Shown piece after piece: positions 60,650 through 64,000 of a DNA stretch of 64,000 bases; position 1 is the stretch's first letter, and each line of letters begins with the position of its first letter. Below the pieces are notes generated by a model, which saw only the letters and a list, made by a program, of their open reading frames with translations, did no database searches and had not been told where the DNA came from. The DNA lies in contig OZ241889.1 in assembly GCA_965203355.1 (NCBI GenBank), positions 3,712,001-3,776,000 of the forward strand, written 5' to 3'. The DNA is from Candidatus Latescibacterota bacterium (GTDB lineage Bacteria > Latescibacterota > UBA2968 > UBA8231). The position numbers and the translations under genes were made by a program.

Positions 60650-61582
60650 ATGTTGTACAGAGCATTTGGCCGGACGGGTTGGCCGATCTCGGCCATCGGT
60701 TTGGGCACTTGGAACATCGGCAACCAATGGGGGCCTATCGACGAAACCACCGCTTGGGATACCGTGCGCACGGCCTTTGACTGCGGCGTCAACCTCTTCG
60801 ACGCGGCCGAATCCTACGGCACGCCCAACGGGCTGTCGGAAGAGCGGTTGGGACGCGCCTTGGCCGGCATCCGACACCAAGTTTTTGTCGTCAGCAAAAT
60901 CGGCAACTGGGGAGCACGCACCGGGCAGGGTGTGCCCAAAACCACGGTCGATATGATCCGCCTGTGCGCCCACGCCTCCCTGCACCGGCTGCGCACGGAC
61001 TGGCACGACGTGCTGCTGTGCCACGAAGGCAACATCGCCGATCCGTCGATTTATCTAGATGCCTTTGCCGCGCTGGTCGAGGAAGGGCGGCTGCGGGCCT
61101 TTGGCATTTCGACCGATAGCCTAGCGGTGCTCCAGCGTTTTAACGCCCGCGGCGACTGCTCGGTGGTGGAGATAGACTATTCGCTGGTCAACCGCCAAGC
61201 CGAAGCCGAACTTTTGCCTTATTGCCAAGCGCACGGCATAGCCGTACTGGTGCGGGGGCCGCTGGCCAAAGGGCTTTTGTCGGGCCGCTACGCGAAAGAG
61301 TCGGTTTTTACCGACGAGGTGCGGCAGCCCTTCAACGCTGGCGGAGATCGTCGCGCCCAGTTTGAAGCCCAGCTAGCCCAAGTTGAGCGTCTCGCCGAGA
61401 TCGTCGCGCCCGGCGAGGCCATGGTGGAAAAAGCACTCCAGTACGTCATCTCCCATCCAGCCGCGCCAGTGGCCATTCCCGGGGCCAAATCCGCCGCCCA
61501 AGCCCGCGCCAACGCCGCCGCTGGCGCACAGCTTTTGCCCGACCGCGAAATAGAGCGGTTGCGCAAAAGAAGCATCCCATGA
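60650..61582 (+). CDS. aldo/keto reductase
   Basis: GLGTW, FD.AE.YG, SEERLG, SK, PLAKGLL, IPGAK. Confidence 0.92.
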   Translation: MLYRAFGRTGWPISAIGLGTWNIGNQWGPIDETTAWDTVRTAFDCGVNLFDAAESYGTPNGLSEERLGRALAGIRHQVFVVSKIGNWGARTGQGVPKTTVDMIRLCAHASLHRLRTDWHDVLLCHEGNIADPSIYLDAFAALVEEGRLRAFGISTDSLAVLQRFNARGDCSVVEIDYSLVNRQAEAELLPYCQAHGIAVLVRGPLAKGLLSGRYAKESVFTDEVRQPFNAGGDRRAQFEAQLAQVERLAEIVAPGEAMVEKALQYVISHPAAPVAIPGAKSAAQARANAAAGAQLLPDREIERLRKRSIP

Positions 61583-61724
61583 TCGCTTCGACCGCGCGGG
61601 GCGTTTCGTCGCCTCGTGGGGCGAAGCGGTGCTGAAAGACGCCCACGACATCTTTATCGACGAGCGCGACCAAATCTGGTGCGTCGAGCGCGAAACCCAC
61701 TGCGTCCACAAGTTCACCGGCGAC
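61573..61724 (+). pseudogene. frameshifted fragment of NHL-repeat (PAL-like) gene
   Basis: HPMI/frameshift/FDRAGRFVASWGEAVLKDAHDIFIDERDQIWCVERETHCVHKFTGD. Confidence 0.65.
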
Positions 61725-61870
61725 AGCGGACGCCAGCCGGACACCAAGCAGACGAAGGCCGACAGCACGAGGAGCGCAGCCACGAGCGGATAGCTGGACG
61801 GACGCACCGACGAGTAGTTGGACGGCAGCAGCAGCGCAACAGCGAAGCTATAACGCCAGAGGAAACCGCC

Positions 61871-62362
61871 ATGAGCAGAAGCATACTGATCGCAACTTTG
61901 ATCCTCGGAAGCCTGAGCTATGAAGCCCAAGCCAACAACGGCATAACGCCGTTACACGGCGCAGCAGCAACCGACGACGCCAAGATCGCAAAAACTTTGC
62001 TTGCACTTGGAGCAGACCCAAACGCCCAAGACAAGTACGGCAAGACGCCGTTACACTGGGCAGCATATAGGGACGCCATCGAAACCGCAGCGGTCTTGCT
62101 TGAGCATGGAGCAGACCCAAACGCCCAAGACAACGAAGGCAAAACGCCGTTACACCGGGTAGCAGAAGCAGATGCCATCGAAACCGCAGCGGTCTTGCTT
62201 GCACTTGGAGCAGACCCAAACGCCCAAGACAACGAAGGCAAAACGCCATTACACCGGGCAGCATATAGGGACGCCATCGAAACCGCAGCGGTCTTGCTTG
62301 AGCATGGAGCAGACCCAAACGCCCAAGACAACGAAGGCAAAACGCCGGCGGACTACCGATAA
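61871..62362 (+). CDS. secreted ankyrin-repeat protein
   Basis: Signal peptide MSRSILIATLILGSLSYEAQA; four G.TPLH..A...LL..GADPNAQD repeats, near-identical 99-bp DNA units. Confidence 0.92.
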   Translation: MSRSILIATLILGSLSYEAQANNGITPLHGAAATDDAKIAKTLLALGADPNAQDKYGKTPLHWAAYRDAIETAAVLLEHGADPNAQDNEGKTPLHRVAEADAIETAAVLLALGADPNAQDNEGKTPLHRAAYRDAIETAAVLLEHGADPNAQDNEGKTPADYR

Positions 62363-62403
62363 TCGTAATTACAGTTCGTATCACGCGAGGCGTGAAGCGT
62401 GTC

Positions 62404-62432
62404 TTGACAATGTAGTCGCCCGCCGCGACACT
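62404..62432 (+). promoter_or_regulatory. putative sigma-70 promoter with small palindrome
   Basis: TTGACA (62404-62409), 17 nt, GACACT; GTCGC-N5-GCGAC inverted repeat overlapping spacer and -10. Confidence 0.45.
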
Positions 62433-62478
62433 CTCTTTAGACTGGCACTTTCGCCGCCGCAAACAAGGAAGTTTTTCA

Positions 62479-62767
62479 ATGGAAGCGAGAGCGGAACGCG
62501 ACGCGCTGGGCTGCCGCAAAGCCCGCCGGCAAGCGCATTATGCCCGCCCGGTGGCCGTCAAGCTGAACCCCGAAGCCCGCGCCCGCGTGGAAGCGTTGAT
62601 ATATCTGATTTTATCGAGCTACATGGTCAACCGAAGCCCGCGCCCGCGTGGAAGCGTTGGCCGACTGCTACGGGCTTTCGCTGGCCGAGGTGCTGCGCCG
62701 CTGTGTCGCTTCGGGCTTTCCCCGCTTCAAGGACGCCCGCCGCAAGACAAAGGAGAATACCTTATGA
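62479..62767 (+). pseudogene. ribbon-helix-helix (CopG/Arc-like) regulator disrupted by a 61-bp insertion
   Basis: Removing 62599-62659 restores a 75-aa ORF (...RPVAVKLNPEARARVEALADCYGLSLAEVLRRCVASGFPRFKDARRKTKENTL*) whose TGA overlaps the next ATG. Confidence 0.8.
62570..62659 (+). CRISPR. ectopic single-spacer neo-CRISPR (probable off-target Cas1-Cas2 integration)
   Basis: Exact 29-bp direct repeat CCGAAGCCCGCGCCCGCGTGGAAGCGTTG at 62570-62598 and 62631-62659 around a 32-bp AT-rich insert; 17/29 in-register identity to the array repeat. Confidence 0.8.
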
Positions 62768-63021
62768 ACGAACCTATAACGCAAGCCCAAGACCATGACC
62801 GACGTATTGGACGGCTGGAAGGCATCGCCGAGCAACTCACCGAACAAAACCGCCAGACCAACGCCCGACTGGACCGCATTGAGCAAGCCATCGCCGAGCA
62901 AGGCCGCCGCCTTGACGCGACCAACGCCCGCCTTGACTCGCTAACCCGCTGGCTGGTCGGCATGCAAATCGCCACCCTGCTAGCCCTCGGCACCCTCATT
63001 TTGGCGCGCTTGCCGGGCTAA
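62764..63021 (+). CDS. small coiled-coil protein with C-terminal TM helix, copy 1
   Basis: AAGGAG RBS; heptad pattern, hydrophobic tail WLVGMQIATLLALGTLIL. Confidence 0.8.
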   Translation: MNEPITQAQDHDRRIGRLEGIAEQLTEQNRQTNARLDRIEQAIAEQGRRLDATNARLDSLTRWLVGMQIATLLALGTLILARLPG

Positions 63022-63055
63022 AGGCCGGGCGGCGCAAGGCAAAGAAGAACACCTT

Positions 63056-63304
63056 ATGAGCGAACCGATTACGCAAGCCCAAGACCACGACCGCCGTATT
63101 GGACGGCTGGAAGGCATCGCCGAGCAACTCACCGAACAAAACCGCCAGACCAACGCCCGACTGGACCGCATTGAGCAAGCCATCGCCCTCCACATGGACG
63201 CGCTGCGGCAAGAACACCGCCGTGACTTTCGCTGGATAGTGGGCATTCAGCTAACGACCTTGCTAGCCCTCGGCACCTTGATTTTGTCGCGCTTGCCGGG
63301 CTAA
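63056..63304 (+). CDS. small coiled-coil/TM protein, copy 2 (variant middle)
   Basis: First about 43 aa near-identical to copy 1, then ALHMDALRQEHRRDFRWIVGIQL. Confidence 0.8.
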   Translation: MSEPITQAQDHDRRIGRLEGIAEQLTEQNRQTNARLDRIEQAIALHMDALRQEHRRDFRWIVGIQLTTLLALGTLILSRLPG

Positions 63305-63338
63305 AGGCCGGGCGGCGCAAGACAAAGGAGCACACCGT

Positions 63339-63596
63339 ATGAACGAACCGATCACGCAAGCCCAAGACCATGACCGACGTATTGGACGGCTGGAAGGCAT
63401 CGCCGAGCAGCAAACCGAACAAAACCGCCAGACCAACGCCCGACTGGACCGCATTGAGCAAGCCATCGCCGAGCAAGGCCGCCGCATTGACGCAACCAAC
63501 GCTCGCCTTGATGCGCTCACCCGCTGGCTGGTCGGCATGCAAATCGCCACCCTGCTAGCCCTCGGCACCCTGATTTTGTCGCGCTTGCCGGGCTAA
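63339..63596 (+). CDS. small coiled-coil/TM protein, copy 3
   Basis: Near-identical to copy 1, AAGGAG RBS. Confidence 0.8.
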   Translation: MNEPITQAQDHDRRIGRLEGIAEQQTEQNRQTNARLDRIEQAIAEQGRRIDATNARLDALTRWLVGMQIATLLALGTLILSRLPG

Positions 63597-63639
63597 AGGC
63601 CGGGCGCACAACAGTGGACAGCGGACAAAGGAGATCCAT

Positions 63640-64000
63640 ATGAATAAAGCCTCGTTGTATTTAACAGCTTTAGCGATGTTGGCAGCCTCCGCTCTAGACG
63701 CCCGAACGCCGCGCGTAGGCGATCCGGCCCCGGATTTCCGCTTAGATCGGGTCGACGGCGGCCAAGCCGCTCTGAGCGACTTCGAGGGCCAAGTCGTCCT
63801 GATTTTCTTTTTGGGCTATAGCTGACCGGCCTGTCTCTCGCGGGCCGAGAGCTTTGAAGCATTGTGGCAGGAATTTGCCGCCGAAGCCGACGAGCGCTTT
63901 ACCGCTCTAGGGGCGGACGTGTGGGACGGCAGCGCAGCACAGGTACACGCCCGCTGGCGTTTGGGCCAAGGCGTGACCATGCCCCTCTTGCTGAAGGCCA
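63640..64000 (+). CDS. exported thioredoxin-fold redoxin (TlpA/AhpC-TSA-like), probable selenoprotein with UxxC; runs off window
   Basis: Signal peptide, VGDPAPDFRL..GQVVLIFF, in-frame TGA 63823-63825 then PAC; frame stays open to 64000; hairpin 63835-63851. Confidence 0.8.

Noticed and set aside
62479-63021. 180-aa ORF as an ancestral gene
   Set aside because: Better explained as a by-product of the 61-bp insertion; copy 1 has its own RBS and ATG at 62764
1-64000. tRNA, rRNA, transposase, integrase or reverse transcriptase genes
   Set aside because: None recognised in the window

Overview
GC-rich bacterial chromosome segment. The sulfatase, phytanoyl-CoA dioxygenase, ankyrin and sugar-acid gene content suggests a marine or sponge-symbiont Latescibacterota/Gemmatimonadota-like organism (inference only). 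The left part holds housekeeping and cell-shape genes (sigma-54 activator, TPR, rodA-mrdA-mreD, LysM transglycosylase, mtnA, rsfS), a low-GC BstYI-like restriction-modification pair and catabolic enzymes. A complete type I-E CRISPR-Cas locus follows (cas3-cse1-cse2-cas7-cas5-cas6e-cas1-cas2, leader, 116 repeats/115 spacers by hand count), then toxin-antitoxin modules and gene remnants. Top finding: about 10.6 kb from the array (62570-62659) a ribbon-helix-helix gene is interrupted by an exact 29-bp duplication flanking a 32-bp AT-rich insert. The 61-bp period equals that of the array and the site is 17/29 identical in register to the CRISPR repeat. This looks like a natural off-target Cas1-Cas2 spacer integration (neo-CRISPR) that knocked out a regulator. 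That regulator heads three tandem coiled-coil/TM genes and a probable exported UxxC selenoprotein. Five clustered spacers in the main array target a (GCCAA)n-like low-complexity element. Protein family calls rest on motif recognition, not database searches.
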